DNA of 64,000 nucleotides from an uncultured Methanomicrobiaceae archaeon (GCA_963826525.1 CAWGXH010000004.1:1-64000); one strand, 5' to 3'; counted from the first letter of the stretch, positions 33,814-46,696 are shown. The notes: generated from the letters alone by a model not told the origin. Program-made: numbers and translations.

Positions 33814-34773
33814 ATGGTTGAAATCGGATACAAACTTGCAGGTGAAGAGCATGGACCGCTGGATCTCGTCTGCTATGCACGGCAGGCCGAGGATGCCGGG
33901 TTCCCCTTCGCCATGATATCGGACCACTACCATCCCTGGATCGGCAGAGAAGGACAGAGCCCCTTCGTCTGGGCAACCATCGGCGGGATCTCGCAGGTGA
34001 CGACCAATCTTCGACTGGCGACCGGCGTCACCTGTCCCACCGTCCGCATCCATCCTGCCATCATTGCCCAGGCGGCTGCGACCGCAGCCGCCATGATGCC
34101 GGGCCGCTTCATACTGGGGCTTGGCACCGGAGAAAACATAAACGAGCACATTTTAGGCGACCGATGGCCTCCCGCCCCCGTGCGGACCGAGATGCTCGAA
34201 GAAGCAGTGGAGATCATCAGGAACCTCTGGCAGGGCGGCATGAAGAGTTACTACGGCTACTTCTATACCGTCGAGAACGCACAGGTCTTCACCCTCCCGG
34301 AGAATCTCCCGCCGATCATGATCGCCGCCGAAGGGCCGATAAGTGCGTCGGCAGCAGGCAGGATCGGTGACGGGTTCATCAATGCGGGACACGAAGCCGA
34401 GAAGAACCTTGTTGCTTTCAGAAAGATGGGAGGCGAAGGAAAACCGGCATATCTGGAGATGTCGGTCTGCTGGGGAGATACCGAGGAGACCGCCCGGCGG
34501 ACGGCATACGAACGGTGGCCCACCTCGGCAAATACAGGGGAGATGAACAGGATTCTGCCGACACCCGCCCACTACGAACAGCTTGCAAAGATGGCGACCG
34601 AAGATGATGTGGCCGCGCACGTTCCGTGCGGCCCCGATCCCGAACCGATGATCAAAAAGATCGAAGAGGGCATACGGAAGGGCTTTGATAACATCTGCAT
34701 CCACCAGATAGGGCAAGAGCAGCGGGAGTTCCTCGAGTTTGCCAAAAAAGAGATCCTGCCGCACTTCTCCTGA
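33814..34773 (+). CDS. F420-dependent LLM-class oxidoreductase (G6PDH-like family)
   Basis: ISDHYHPW, TGVTCPT.R.HPAIIAQA, LGLGTGENINEH and IHQIG. Confidence 0.9.
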   Translation: MVEIGYKLAGEEHGPLDLVCYARQAEDAGFPFAMISDHYHPWIGREGQSPFVWATIGGISQVTTNLRLATGVTCPTVRIHPAIIAQAAATAAAMMPGRFILGLGTGENINEHILGDRWPPAPVRTEMLEEAVEIIRNLWQGGMKSYYGYFYTVENAQVFTLPENLPPIMIAAEGPISASAAGRIGDGFINAGHEAEKNLVAFRKMGGEGKPAYLEMSVCWGDTEETARRTAYERWPTSANTGEMNRILPTPAHYEQLAKMATEDDVAAHVPCGPDPEPMIKKIEEGIRKGFDNICIHQIGQEQREFLEFAKKEILPHFS

Positions 34774-34799
34774 CAAAGGGAGGTAAAAAAGGAGAGATA

Positions 34800-36343
<1,544 letters not shown>

Positions 36344-36545
36344 AGTACTATCATTCCTGAAGCAGGAGGCATTGCCCGGTTCCCGCACATCCTCTCTCCT
36401 TCCCGGCGCCGGGTGAAAAACCCTGCAGGGGAGGATGAAATGGTACCCTTCGGCACTCGCATCCGTGCAGGCGATAGAGACCGGCGCGGCAGGACAGGGA
36501 CGTATTCACGGAGAGCGGGAGAGACCGGCATGCCATCTGTTAGAA

Positions 36546-36559
36546 GGAAGTAGTTTTCC
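36546..36559. promoter_or_regulatory. NrpR operator
   Basis: Perfect GGAA-GTAGTT-TTCC, 6 nt downstream of a minus-strand TTTAAA box (36566-36571), upstream of amt-glnK. Confidence 0.8.
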
Positions 36560-36701
36560 ACCAGGTTTAAACATTATCTTTTTCACGGCGAATACGCCCG
36601 CCCCCGACCGAAACCCCACACGAGCCGGAGAACTTCGTGCCCGGAGAGCGCGGAGGGACAGCGATCCGCATACAGGAGGATAATGGAAAAGGAGGGAGAA
36701 T

Positions 36702-37040
36702 CTAACCGCCGGAGGACTCGGATTCGTCCGTCCTGACCTTGTGGATCGTCTCGACCGGCATGACGATGATCTTCCCGTCGCCGAACTTTCCGGTCCTCCC
36801 CGCATCGCGGATGACCTGAATGACCGTATCCACATCGGCAGCCCGAACGACCATCTCGAGTTTCAGCTTCGGAATAAGATCGACCGGCATGCTCTTCCCG
36901 CGGAACTGCAGGGAGATACCCCTCTGCGCCCCGCGCCCGCGGACCTCGGTCACAGTCATGCCGACGATACCCTTTGCTTCGAGCTCCGCCTTAATGTCAT
37001 CGAACTTCTCCGGCCTGATAACCGCAATAACCATTCTCAT
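36702..37040 (-). CDS. glnK: P-II nitrogen regulatory protein
   Basis: AVIRPEK, GMTVTEVRGRG and TGKFGDGKI. Confidence 0.95.
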   Translation of the reverse strand: MRMVIAVIRPEKFDDIKAELEAKGIVGMTVTEVRGRGAQRGISLQFRGKSMPVDLIPKLKLEMVVRAADVDTVIQVIRDAGRTGKFGDGKIIVMPVETIHKVRTDESESSGG

Positions 37041-37050
37041 TTCAAACACC

Positions 37051-38246
37051 TCACATCTGTGTCGACTCCCCGTGCTGGGAGATATCGAGACCCACATACT
37101 CTTCTTCCTCCGAGACACGGAGACCCAGCGTCATATCGACGATCTTGGCGAGGGCGAAGGTGACGACGAACGCGTAGACGACCACCACAGCCACATCGAT
37201 CATCTGGATGACGAACTGATTGACGTTGCCGTAGAGCAGGCCGTCGACACCGCCGACTGCCGCAATCGCGAAGATACCGGTTGCGAGCGCACCCCATACA
37301 CCACCGACGCCGTGCACCGCCCAGGCATCGAGGCTCTCATCGAGACCCCGGCCGACCCGGAAGAGCAGGGCTGCGTAGCAGATGATACCGGCAACCGCAC
37401 CGATGGCGATAGCGCTCATCGGATCGACGAAACCCGCTGCAGGAGTGATCGCCACAAGGCCCGCGATGGCACCGCTGATCATCCCGACCGAACTCGGCTT
37501 TCCACGGATCCAGGCAGCGAAGAGCCAGGCAGAGCTCCGGCAGCAGCTGAAATATTCGTCACCACGAACGCATTTGCCGCAAGACCGTTCGCTGCAAGAG
37601 CGCTTCCCGCGTTGAACCCGAACCAGCCGAACCAGAGAAGTGCCCCGCCGAGGAGCGTCATCGGGATGTTGTGCGGCTCCATACCGTAAGCGCCGAACCC
37701 GACACGCTTACCGATGACGAGTGCCAGGGCGAGCGCCGCAAACCCGGAACTGATATGGACGACCGTTCCGCCGGCGAAGTCAAGCGCACCGAGCTGCGCC
37801 GCCCAGCCACCGCCCCATGCCCAGTGAGCAAGCGGGTCGTAGACGAGCGTCGTCCATAAAAGGCCGAAGACGATGAACGAACCAACCTTCACCCGCTCCG
37901 CAACGCCGGACGTCACGATGGCCAGCGTCAGACCCGCGAAGACGAGCTGGAAGACCATGAAGAGCAGATCGGGAATGCCTTCGCCGCCCATGCCCACACC
38001 CTGCAGGGCGAAGAACTCAAGGCTCCCGATCAGCCCGTCGATGTCGGAGCCGAAGGCGAGACTGTACCCGAAGACGACCCACTGGATCGTGACCACCGAG
38101 AAGGCGATGAACGCCAGCGCAATCATCGAGATGAAGTTCTTCCGCCGTACAAGACCGCCGTAGAACAAGCCCACGCCCGGAGTCATCAGCATGACGAGCG
38201 CCGTACAGATCAGGATAAATGCAGTATCACCCGTATCAATAGCCAT
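37051..38246 (-). CDS. amt: Ammonium transporter; frameshift near 37530
   Basis: [17 protein letters not shown] and DAWAVHG across ORFs 37479-38246 and 37051-37482. Confidence 0.95.
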
Positions 38247-38288
38247 TGTTAGACTCCTCCACCGTTCACGAACAACACCTTGTAGGAA

Positions 38289-38302
38289 AGAAGTGTACTT
38301 CC
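38289..38302. promoter_or_regulatory. NrpR operator (one mismatch)
   Basis: Minus-strand GGAA-GTACAC-TTCT, 6 nt downstream of TTTATA (38309-38314); same geometry as the 36546 site. Confidence 0.7.
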
Positions 38303-38486
38303 TGCAGATATAAATTTATCTAATGAGCACGCCCCGCGGCTCCTGAACAACCGGAGATGCACCACGATCGGAGAGTAGGGACGGCTACCGGCTTTCTCGA
38401 AAGAAAAGAGAAGATTACGAGTCTACCGCACCATAGTCGGCAGCACGATGCGAAGAGTTGAAAAATAGCGAGTGAGGGCCGGGTAG

Positions 38487-39018
38487 TTACTCGGCGGGCT
38501 GGTAGCGCTCTTCGAAGGTGATATCCTCGAGGAGCTCCTTCTTTGCAATTGTGATCTCTTCCGGGTATCCGGCAGGCACGAGCGAGACCAGCGTGTACGC
38601 ATCGGGAACATTCAACAGCTTTCGGATATCCTCGGCGTACTCCTTCTTCTCTCCCGCCACCCAGCAAGACCCGACACCCCACGCCTGGAGCCCGAGCATG
38701 AGCTGCATCGTGGCTGCACAGCAGTCCTCGAGGTAGTACGTCGCATCTCTCTTCCCGAATACGGCAAAACATACCCGGGCATCCGCGATGAACCGGCCGT
38801 GAGTCTGCAAGACCCGCGATCTTTTTGAGCGTCTCCGGATCCTTCACCGTGCCAAAAAGCCAGGGCTGCTCGTTCCGGGCAGTCGGCGCAAGGCGCGCAC
38901 AGTCGAGGGCGTCCCTGATGATCTTCTCCTCAATCGGGTCGCTTTTGTACTTCCTGACACTGTGCCGGCTCCGGATCACGGTAATTCCAAGATTTACAGT
39001 TCCGCCTATCGGACTCAT
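38487..39018 (-). CDS. Nitroreductase family protein; frameshift near 38810
   Basis: IRSRHSVRKY, APTARNEQPW and DCCAA..LML..GVGSCW. Confidence 0.9.
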
Positions 39019-39093
39019 GGTTGGAGGTGGGCATTCATCAGGTAAAAAACCTTGGAAAAAAGGGCCGCGAATCCCCGGGAGAGGGAGAGGGCG

Positions 39094-40290
39094 TCAGAAG
39101 AGCCCGCCGATCATCTGCACGATGTTATTGAAGCCCTGGAGGATGACGACCTTCGGATCGATCCCGAGGAAGGGGAAGATGAAGATGAAGTAGGCGAACG
39201 TTCCGAGGGTGCTGCCGAGGTTGGCGAGGGCTGCAACGAGCACCACCCGGAAGAGCGGAATTTTGCGCATCTCCGAGAGGCTCTCGGCCTCGATGATCCT
39301 CCGCAGTTCGCCTGCGGTAGGCTTTCTGATCTTCGCCTCGACGATTGCCGCAAACCAGCCCGCGGCGAGGAGTGGGTTTAAGGACGTGATCCAGGAGACG
39401 CCGAACGCCGTCAGCGCCGAGAGGGGATGGCCCCCTGCAGCCAGCGTGAAGCCGGCAGCGAGCACCCCGTTTATCAGGACCCAGTAGAGGAGCGCGGTCA
39501 GCAGGACGTCGAGCCCGACTCCCGAGAAGGCGATGGCTGCGAGCAGGGCGAGAAAGAGCACCGTCACGAGGATACCGAAGATCTTTGCGAAGGGAACCGA
39601 TCTGACCTCGGCAGTTAGACCGCTCATCGGCGGGAGCGTTCCGGGCTCCCTGAGATACCGCTCGACACCGTGCACGTGACCGGCACCGATGACCGCAAGG
39701 ACGCGTTCGTACCGGCTCCCGAGCGAGATGAGCTGGTGCGCGAGGTAGGCGTCACGCTCGTCGATGAGCGCCGCCGCCCCGTTCGGGGAGAACTCCCGGA
39801 ACTCCTCGAGCGCCGCACTCACCACATCCTGCTTCGTCAGCTCGTCGACGTCGATCTCCTTGCCACCGATGCCGATAACCGAGGCGATGAGGACGAAGAA
39901 CATCTTGATCTTCTCCCATATGGTCATTTTGCCCCAGAACCGCATCAGAGTGATTCGGATGTCGCGATCGATGAGGGCCACATGTTTCTGGTGCGCCTCG
40001 GCCTCTTCGATGGCCGCAAGCATCTCAGCACCGGGCCTGACGCCCGTATCGGCACCAATCCGCTGCTGAATATAGGCAAGCAGCCATTGGACGAGCACCC
40101 GGGTAAAGTTCCCGCCTTTCAGGATATCGGAGATGGAGGGCTCCGGGGCATCCTCTTTCAGGGCGGCATACCGCCCGGGGTCGAGTTCCACCCCCACGAT
40201 ATCGGGCTCGAACTCTTCGATCGCATCCCTGACCTCCTGCACACTCTTCGCCGAGACGTGTGCGGTTCCGACTATCCTGATCTCAGACAT
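39094..40290 (-). CDS. TraB/GumN (TIKI) family membrane protein
   Basis: IVGTAHVS..S, VELDPGR, PGAEM, DRDI, LIDERD and GAGH; C-terminal transmembrane helices. Confidence 0.9.
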   Translation of the reverse strand: MSEIRIVGTAHVSAKSVQEVRDAIEEFEPDIVGVELDPGRYAALKEDAPEPSISDILKGGNFTRVLVQWLLAYIQQRIGADTGVRPGAEMLAAIEEAEAHQKHVALIDRDIRITLMRFWGKMTIWEKIKMFFVLIASVIGIGGKEIDVDELTKQDVVSAALEEFREFSPNGAAALIDERDAYLAHQLISLGSRYERVLAVIGAGHVHGVERYLREPGTLPPMSGLTAEVRSVPFAKIFGILVTVLFLALLAAIAFSGVGLDVLLTALLYWVLINGVLAAGFTLAAGGHPLSALTAFGVSWITSLNPLLAAGWFAAIVEAKIRKPTAGELRRIIEAESLSEMRKIPLFRVVLVAALANLGSTLGTFAYFIFIFPFLGIDPKVVILQGFNNIVQMIGGLF

Positions 40291-40826
40291 CGAGCACCTT
40301 CATTCCTTCACTATCTATGACGACTTTCTTCCCGCGAGGCAGATCCGCACCCGCGTAGATGTTCCCGGATACGCTCCTCTTCGAGCATCTCGGCACTGCG
40401 CCGCTCGAGCAGCACGGATGCAATCCCATGTGCGTCTCCACCGGGAAGCGGGGTGCCGAGACCCGGACATGGCGATACCAGAAGATCCTCACCGTCGAGC
40501 ATGAACGGATATGTCCGGCAGATCCAGGGGCGGTGAGGGTAGACCGTGCACCGCCCGCCTGCAAGAAAGATACAGGCGTCGTCCCTCCGCCTGATGCACC
40601 AGGCAAAAGTATAGCACTTTCCGTCGGCATCCTCGATGAACTCCGGATACGGTTCCGCGACCTCGTCGAAGGTCATGCCGGTGGCTGCCATGATCGCCCT
40701 GACCTCCCGCGGGCTGACGGCGACGAGGTTCGAGTCTTCGCTCACTGCCCGGCAGCACTCGTTGCAGCCGGTGCAGGCAAAGCCGATGCCCCCGAGGGTC
40801 TCGGCAAGCACCCTTACTCCCGACAT
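40283..40826 (-). CDS. YkgJ-like CxxCxxCC cysteine-cluster protein; frameshift near the 3' end
   Basis: FACTGCNECC, CIFL...CTVY..RPWICRTYPF and CPG. Confidence 0.85.
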
Positions 40827-41368
40827 ATCCTGTCGAAGTTTTCGAAGGCGAGTCGACCGTTCTCGGTATGACTGACCTCGGGGTGCCACTGGAGCCCGTA
40901 GAGATGTTTATCGATGTCGGCCATCGCCTCGACGCCGCAGATATCCGACCGGGCGAGGAGCGTAAAGCCTTCCGGCATGGCGGAGACTTCGTCGGCATGC
41001 GATGCCCATACGTGGATGCGGCCGGGGTAGCCGTCGAGGAGATCGTTCTTCTCGATGATATCGACGTCCACCGCCCCGTAGCCGCCGCTCATCCCTTTCG
41101 TCACGGTCCCGCCTCGGGCCGTAGCCATAATATGCAGCCCGAGACAGATCCCGAGAACCGGAAGGCCGAGATCGAGGTATTCTGCGGCGATACCGGCACG
41201 TGCGAGGGTGGGGCCGCCGCCGAGGATGATGCCCCTGCAGCCTTCCGCCACCTCCGCCGCCGGCGTTTCGTTGGAGATCATCGTGGCCTCAATATCCATA
41301 TCACGGAGCGAGCGAAGGATCAGATGATTGAACTGCCCGTAGTTGTTGACCACATAGATGGGTAGCAT
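40814..41368 (-). CDS. guaAA: GMP synthase subunit A (glutamine amidotransferase)
   Basis: NNYGQFNHLI, LGICLG, SHADEV and QWHPEV. Confidence 0.93.
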   Translation of the reverse strand: MLPIYVVNNYGQFNHLILRSLRDMDIEATMISNETPAAEVAEGCRGIILGGGPTLARAGIAAEYLDLGLPVLGICLGLHIMATARGGTVTKGMSGGYGAVDVDIIEKNDLLDGYPGRIHVWASHADEVSAMPEGFTLLARSDICGVEAMADIDKHLYGLQWHPEVSHTENGRLAFENFDRICRE

Positions 41369-41410
41369 TGTTGATCACAGTATTACGAGTTTGGGATACA
41401 TAGTCCTTTG

Positions 41411-42423
41411 TCAGTCTGTATTCCCGGACGAAATCGAAGATCGTCTTTGAGATCTGCTCCGGAGAAAATCCCATCAGGGAGGCAAGCACCATCGCGCCTC
41501 CGGCACCCATCCCCTCCTTGACCTCGCCGATGCAGTAGCGAGCAAGCCCGACGTGTCCGAGGTTGGCGAAGTTCGGATCGACGTAGTAGGCGACGGTCCC
41601 GACCTCCTCGACAGTGCGCGGGAAACTTGCCGAGGGGTCGTCCCGGACGTAGACGGTCGTCGCCAGGGGAGGAGGATTCTTCCCGAGCGCTTTGAGGACG
41701 GCGGCGACGGCGAGCATCTGCGTACCTCCCGCAAGGAGGAGACGACCGCCATACGTGCTCGCGATCCCGGCAGCGACCGGCATCATGGGATCGCCTGCAA
41801 GCCTGATAATGTCGAGCGGGTCGCTCACCCCGGCGTCCTGGGTCCGGGCAAGCACCTCGCGGCAGACCTCATCTTTGAGCGTCACCGGATTCTCCACGTA
41901 ACTGCTGCTGACCCGGGCATCGTATCCGAGCGCCTGTAAGACACAGAGAGCGGTCGTGGTTCCCCCGGGAACACACTCCCCGAGCACCAGAAGGTCGCTG
42001 CAACGCGAGAGGAATCTCCCTGCCATCTCGCCCCGCCGGAAGAGGGAAGCAGCCTCCGGGACCGCATCCCCATACCGGGGGTCGCCGCCTGGGCTTCCGT
42101 ACATATCGAGGCACGGCACGCCCGGTTGATGCCGAAGCCCTGCATTGATGAAGAGCGGGATAATGCCCGTCATCTGCATCATGGAACGAGTAATGGAGGC
42201 CGGAGTCGGGCAGCCCGTGGGGGTGTTCGGCTTGAAGGGCATACTGGCGACCGAGCCGGTTGCCACCAGTCTCCGCGTCCAGGATCGGCGTCAGCAGCGT
42301 CTTTTCGGGGGTCGGCCCTGCACCCGAGATTCCGGGAACCGTAGAGAGCATCGTATTGCCGAGCACCAGTGCCATCAGAGGATTTTTTGCAGTAATGTCG
42401 GGAGACTCCGAGAGGAACGGCAT
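41411..42423 (-). CDS. cobT: Archaeal CobT-type nicotinate-nucleotide:benzimidazole phosphoribosyltransferase; frameshifts
   Basis: [32 protein letters not shown] and VKEGMGAGG. Confidence 0.85.
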
Positions 42424-42568
42424 GAGTATCGCTAACAGTGTATCTGCTCGCGATACATGAGGGTTGCCATCCCGATGCCGCGGCAGTGCCGAAAGATACC
42501 GTCACTGCGAGAGACTGCACCGCCGAATGCAAACGAGCAAATAGCCTGCTCATCAAACACTGGTTCAT

Positions 42569-43003
42569 ATGTTCGATATCGAGCAGAGACTGCAAGAGAA
42601 GGGCATCGAACGCAGCGTGATCGTCGCCTCGGCCATGGAACTCTATGTACCGCACGGCCTTGATGCCGCGGCGGCCGCCGTCCGGCTGCACGAAAAGATA
42701 GGAAAGGCGCTTGAAGATCCGAACGTCTCCTCGCTGCTCCTCGGCGCTCTCCTCCTTGAGGACGAACTCTACTGGAAACGGCAGAACTCCGAGATCGCCG
42801 ACGACCCGGTCTTCCTGCTCTCCGACGAGATCATCGGCATGGCGATCGCCGAGGTGATCGGCGGGACGTACGCACGGTTTGAGTTCACCCGCTACGACCA
42901 GAAGAAACCCGGGATTCTGGCGACGCTCGGCCCCTTCCTCGACGATGCCGTCGCCGGACTCATCGCCGGGTGCACCTCGCGCCTCTACAGTGAATGCGTG
43001 TGA
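42569..43003 (+). CDS. cobZ: Alpha-ribazole phosphatase CobZ-like protein
   Basis: DPNV, DPVFLLSDEIIG, FEFTRYDQKKPGIL and GPFLDDA; lies between cobT and cobS. Confidence 0.8.
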   Translation: MFDIEQRLQEKGIERSVIVASAMELYVPHGLDAAAAAVRLHEKIGKALEDPNVSSLLLGALLLEDELYWKRQNSEIADDPVFLLSDEIIGMAIAEVIGGTYARFEFTRYDQKKPGILATLGPFLDDAVAGLIAGCTSRLYSECV

Positions 43004-43710
43004 AATCGATTCGCGCCCTCCTGCAGTTCTGCACGACCCTCCCGCTCGGGCATGCCGCCGACTTCGATGAGTTCGCCCGCAGGTCGTACCTCTATCCGGT
43101 TGCAGGCTACGTCATCGGCGGGATTGCCGCCCTGCTTGTCTTCGGGATAGAATCTCCGGTTCTGGCGGCAGCGGTCGCACTCGCCGCCGTTCTGATCCTG
43201 TCCGGGGCAAACCACTTCGACGGGCTGCTCGACTTCGGTGACGGCCTGATGGCTCACGGGAGCCGGGAGAAGAGGATCGGGGCGATGACCGACCGGAATA
43301 CGGGAGCCGGAGCCGTGGCGGCGGGAGTCGTGATTACGCTCGTCGCATTCGCCGGCCTGCAGACGGCAGCATCGGTCTGGGCTGTCATTCTGATCGCAGA
43401 GGTCTGTGCAAAGCTTGCCATGGCATGGCTGACGGTGCTCGGGAGGCCCTTCCGCGAGGGGATCCACAGTTATCTCCACGGATTTGCGAAGCCTTCGTTC
43501 CTCATCTATGCGGCGGCGCTCTCCCTCCCGCTGCTGCTGCTCCCCGTTCCTCCGGTTATGCCGGGCGTCGCCGTCGCCGTCACCGGTGCAGTAGTCACGG
43601 GAATGCTGGTTCTCTCCCGGCACCTCTTCGGCGGTGTGAACGGCGACGTCGTCGGGGCCGCCCATGAGATCACGCGTGCCGGCGTCATCCTGGTGCTGGC
43701 ACTCCTGTAA
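42994..43710 (+). CDS. cobS: Adenosylcobinamide-GDP ribazoletransferase
   Basis: HFDGLLDFGDGL, MTD...GAG and FGGVNGDVVGA; hydrophobic. Confidence 0.92.
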   Translation: MRVKSIRALLQFCTTLPLGHAADFDEFARRSYLYPVAGYVIGGIAALLVFGIESPVLAAAVALAAVLILSGANHFDGLLDFGDGLMAHGSREKRIGAMTDRNTGAGAVAAGVVITLVAFAGLQTAASVWAVILIAEVCAKLAMAWLTVLGRPFREGIHSYLHGFAKPSFLIYAAALSLPLLLLPVPPVMPGVAVAVTGAVVTGMLVLSRHLFGGVNGDVVGAAHEITRAGVILVLALL

Positions 43711-43750
43711 GCACCTTTTTCTAGCCGGGTAGCAGTAGGTACCTGGTACC

Positions 43751-44623
43751 ATGATGCACGAGTTTGGCCTCCATGCCAAAGGGGGGGTCATCACCGAGCG
43801 GAACGCAGATTTCGCCACCCTCCGGCTTCGCATTCCGGCCGGCGTTCTTTCGGCGGAACAGCTCAGGGAGATATCCCGCATCGCCGACGAATTCGGCGAC
43901 GGCACGGTTCACCTCACAATGCGCCAGACGGTCGAGATCCCTCACGTCGACCCGGAACGGCTGGAAGGCGCCAGCAACGCGCTCGAAGAGAACGGGACAC
44001 CCATCGGGGCCGAGCGTGACGAGGTCGTCAATATCATGGCCTGCCCCGGGACGGAGCGGTGCAAGTATGCCAATATCGAGACGATTGATCTTGCAAAGAA
44101 GATCGACGAGCGGGTCTTCGGCAAACGGGTGCCGACCAAGATCAGGATCTCCATCTCCGGATGCACGTACATGTGTAACAGCCCTCTCTTAAACGAGATC
44201 GGGATCATCGGGCGGATCCGGCCGCTTCGAACCCCCGGGCTCTGCACGGGGTGCGGAACGTGCGTCGAGTACTGCCGGGAGTGTGCCATCGCCCTCAAGA
44301 ACGGCATCTCCATCCTCGACGAGCAGAAATGCGTTCAGTGCGGCATCTGCATTCACTCATGCCCGTATGAACTCTTAAAATCGGAGTTTGCCCACTACCA
44401 GATCACCGTAGGCGGGCGGCGTGGAGCAGAACCACGTGTGGGGCGCGAACTTGTCGAGGTCGAGACCGAAGAGCAGGTTGTCGACGTCGTCGATCGGATC
44501 ATCTACTGGGTATACCGCACCGCATGGAGCGACCGGCTGCTCGGCGATCAGCTCGACGAGATCGGATTCGACAGGTTCAGAGAAGAGATCAAAAAGGAGT
44601 TCAGTAGCGGTACAGCGACTTAA
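43751..44623 (+). CDS. Sulfite/nitrite reductase-like siroheme-[4Fe-4S] protein with inserted ferredoxin (Dsr-LP)
   Basis: RLRIPAG, HLTMRQ, ACPGTERC and SGCTYMC siroheme ligands; two CxxCxxCxxxC motifs. Confidence 0.85.
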   Translation: MMHEFGLHAKGGVITERNADFATLRLRIPAGVLSAEQLREISRIADEFGDGTVHLTMRQTVEIPHVDPERLEGASNALEENGTPIGAERDEVVNIMACPGTERCKYANIETIDLAKKIDERVFGKRVPTKIRISISGCTYMCNSPLLNEIGIIGRIRPLRTPGLCTGCGTCVEYCRECAIALKNGISILDEQKCVQCGICIHSCPYELLKSEFAHYQITVGGRRGAEPRVGRELVEVETEEQVVDVVDRIIYWVYRTAWSDRLLGDQLDEIGFDRFREEIKKEFSSGTAT

Positions 44624-44921
44624 ACCCGGCGTTCTCATCGTCGCTGCACTCGATCGCCGATCCGTCCCTGACGATGGTGTTGAACATGATCGCTGCATTC
44701 ATGAGATTCTCGTCGGGGTTCATCCCCTGCCGAACACCGCTCAAGGCCTGCTGCTGCGGCGTCGGAATCGTCCGGCTCCCCATCCGCACCCCTTTGCAGT
44801 GCCGACAGTAACCGCAGTGGGAGTGGACCGACACTTCACCGTCTGCGCACATGACGGTGGTGCGACTCCCTTTCTCATCCCGGTGAAAGTCAAGAGTCTT
44901 CATAGTACGAAGAACGTACAT
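44601..44921 (-). CDS. Small Cys-rich conserved hypothetical protein
   Basis: 106-aa ORF with C-x9-CxxCxxC...C and host-like codon usage; divergent from tuf. Confidence 0.65.
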   Translation of the reverse strand: MYVLRTMKTLDFHRDEKGSRTTVMCADGEVSVHSHCGYCRHCKGVRMGSRTIPTPQQQALSGVRQGMNPDENLMNAAIMFNTIVRDGSAIECSDDENAGFKSLYRY

Positions 44922-45080
44922 TTCCAGAGGATAAGATTCTGTCGATTATACCGGTTTTTTCCAGATTGCATCTCCAACAGATCCATAGAAATGCTTTATA
45001 TCCAGAACATCCTACGTATAAGATACTCGATTAAGCAGGCTGTTCGAGCTGACAGACCTATCTTGAGTGGAGGATAAATT

Positions 45081-46358
45081 ATGGCAACTGAGAAGCCGCA
45101 CATTAACTTAGCAGTTATTGGCCACATTGACCATGGCAAGTCGACGACTGTGGGTCGGCTGCTGTTCGAGACGGGAGCGGTACCGCCCCATATCATCGAG
45201 AACTACCGGAAGGAGGCTGAATCCAAGGGTAAGGGCTCTTTTGAATTCGCGTGGGTTATGGACAACCTCAAAGAGGAGCGTGAGCGTGGTATCACCATCG
45301 ACATCGCCCACAAGAGGTTCGACACCGACAAGTTCTACTTCACCATTGTAGACTGTCCCGGACACCGCGACTTCGTCAAGAACATGATCACCGGTGCATC
45401 CCAGGCAGACGCTGCACTGCTCATCGTCGCCGCACCCGACGGCGTGATGGAGCAGACCAAGGAGCACGTCTTCCTTGCACGTACGCTCGGCATCACCCAG
45501 CTGATCATCGGCATCAACAAGATGGACGCCGTCAAGTACGACCAGAAGCGCTACGAAGAGGTCAAGGAGCAGGCTCTCCCAGCTCATCAAGATGGTCGGA
45601 TACAACCCGGCAAACGTCGCTTTCATCCCGATGAGCTCCTTCAAAGGCGCAAACATCGCCTCCAAGAGCGCCGAGACCCCCTGGTACAACGGCCCCACGG
45701 TCCTTGATGCACTCAACCTGCTCAAGGAGCCCGAGAAGCCCACGAACCTCCCCCTGCGTCTCCCCATCCAGGATGTCTACTCCATCTCCGGTATCGGAAC
45801 CGTGCCCGTCGGCCGTATCGAGACCGGGATCATGAAGAAAGGAATGAAGGTCAACTTCATGCCCGCCAACAAAGAGGGTGAGGTCAAGACCATCGAGATG
45901 CACCACGAGGAGCAGAACGAGGCACTCCCCGGCGACAACGTCGGTTTCAACGTCCGTGGTATCGGGAAGGGCGACATCCGCCGTGGCGACGTCTGCGGTC
46001 CCGCCGATGTCCCGCCAACCGTGGCAGACGAGTTCACCGCGCAGATAGTGGTGCTCCACCACCCGAGCGCACTGACCGTCGGTTACACCCCGGTCTTCCA
46101 CTGCCACACCTCGCAGATTGCCTGCACCTTTGTCGAGCTCGTCAGGAAGCTCGATCCCCGCACCGGCCAGGTCAAGGAAGAGAACCCCACGTTCCTCAAG
46201 ACCGGCGATGCCGCGATCGTCAAGATCAAGCCAACCCGGCCCATGGTCATCGAGAAGGTCAAGGAGATCCCCAGCTCGGACGGTTTGCAGTCCGCGATAT
46301 GGGCTCCACGATCGCTGCCGGCATGTGCATGGATATCACCCCCAAGCAGATGAGATAA
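45081..46358 (+). CDS. tuf: Translation elongation factor EF-1alpha; two frameshifts (~45570, ~46270)
   Basis: [48 protein letters not shown] and [10 protein letters not shown]. Confidence 0.97.
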
Positions 46359-46387
46359 CTTATCTCTCAATATTTTTGGTGAACATC

Positions 46388-46696
46388 ATGCAAAAAGCCA
46401 GAATACGTCTTTCCGGAACGGACTTTGAGAAGATTGAGATGGTATGCAATCGGATCAAAGAGATTGCAGAACGCACAGGCGTCAATCTGGCAGGTCCCAT
46501 ACCGCTCCCAACGAAGCGACTGGTTGTACCCATCCGCAAGAGCCCCGACGGCGAAGGAACCGCCACCTGGGACCGCTGGCAGATGCGCGTGCACAAGAGA
46601 CTGATCGATATCGATGCAGATGAACGAGCCCTCCGGCAGCTGATGCGTATTCAGGTACCGAAGGACATCGGCATTGAGATCGTCCTGGAAGGCTGA
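46388..46696 (+). CDS. rpsJ: 30S ribosomal protein S10 (uS10)
   Basis: GPIPLPT and [25 protein letters not shown]. Confidence 0.98.
   Translation: MQKARIRLSGTDFEKIEMVCNRIKEIAERTGVNLAGPIPLPTKRLVVPIRKSPDGEGTATWDRWQMRVHKRLIDIDADERALRQLMRIQVPKDIGIEIVLEG

Noticed and set aside
39094-40290. TraB as evidence of conjugation
   Set aside because: It belongs to the TraB/PrgY/GumN family that is common on archaeal chromosomes; no other transfer genes are present.
44990-46696. tuf-rpsJ detached from fus, and ndk not followed by infB
   Set aside because: These are ordinary lineage-specific operon rearrangements; tuf has its own TATA box (TTTATA at 44995-45000).
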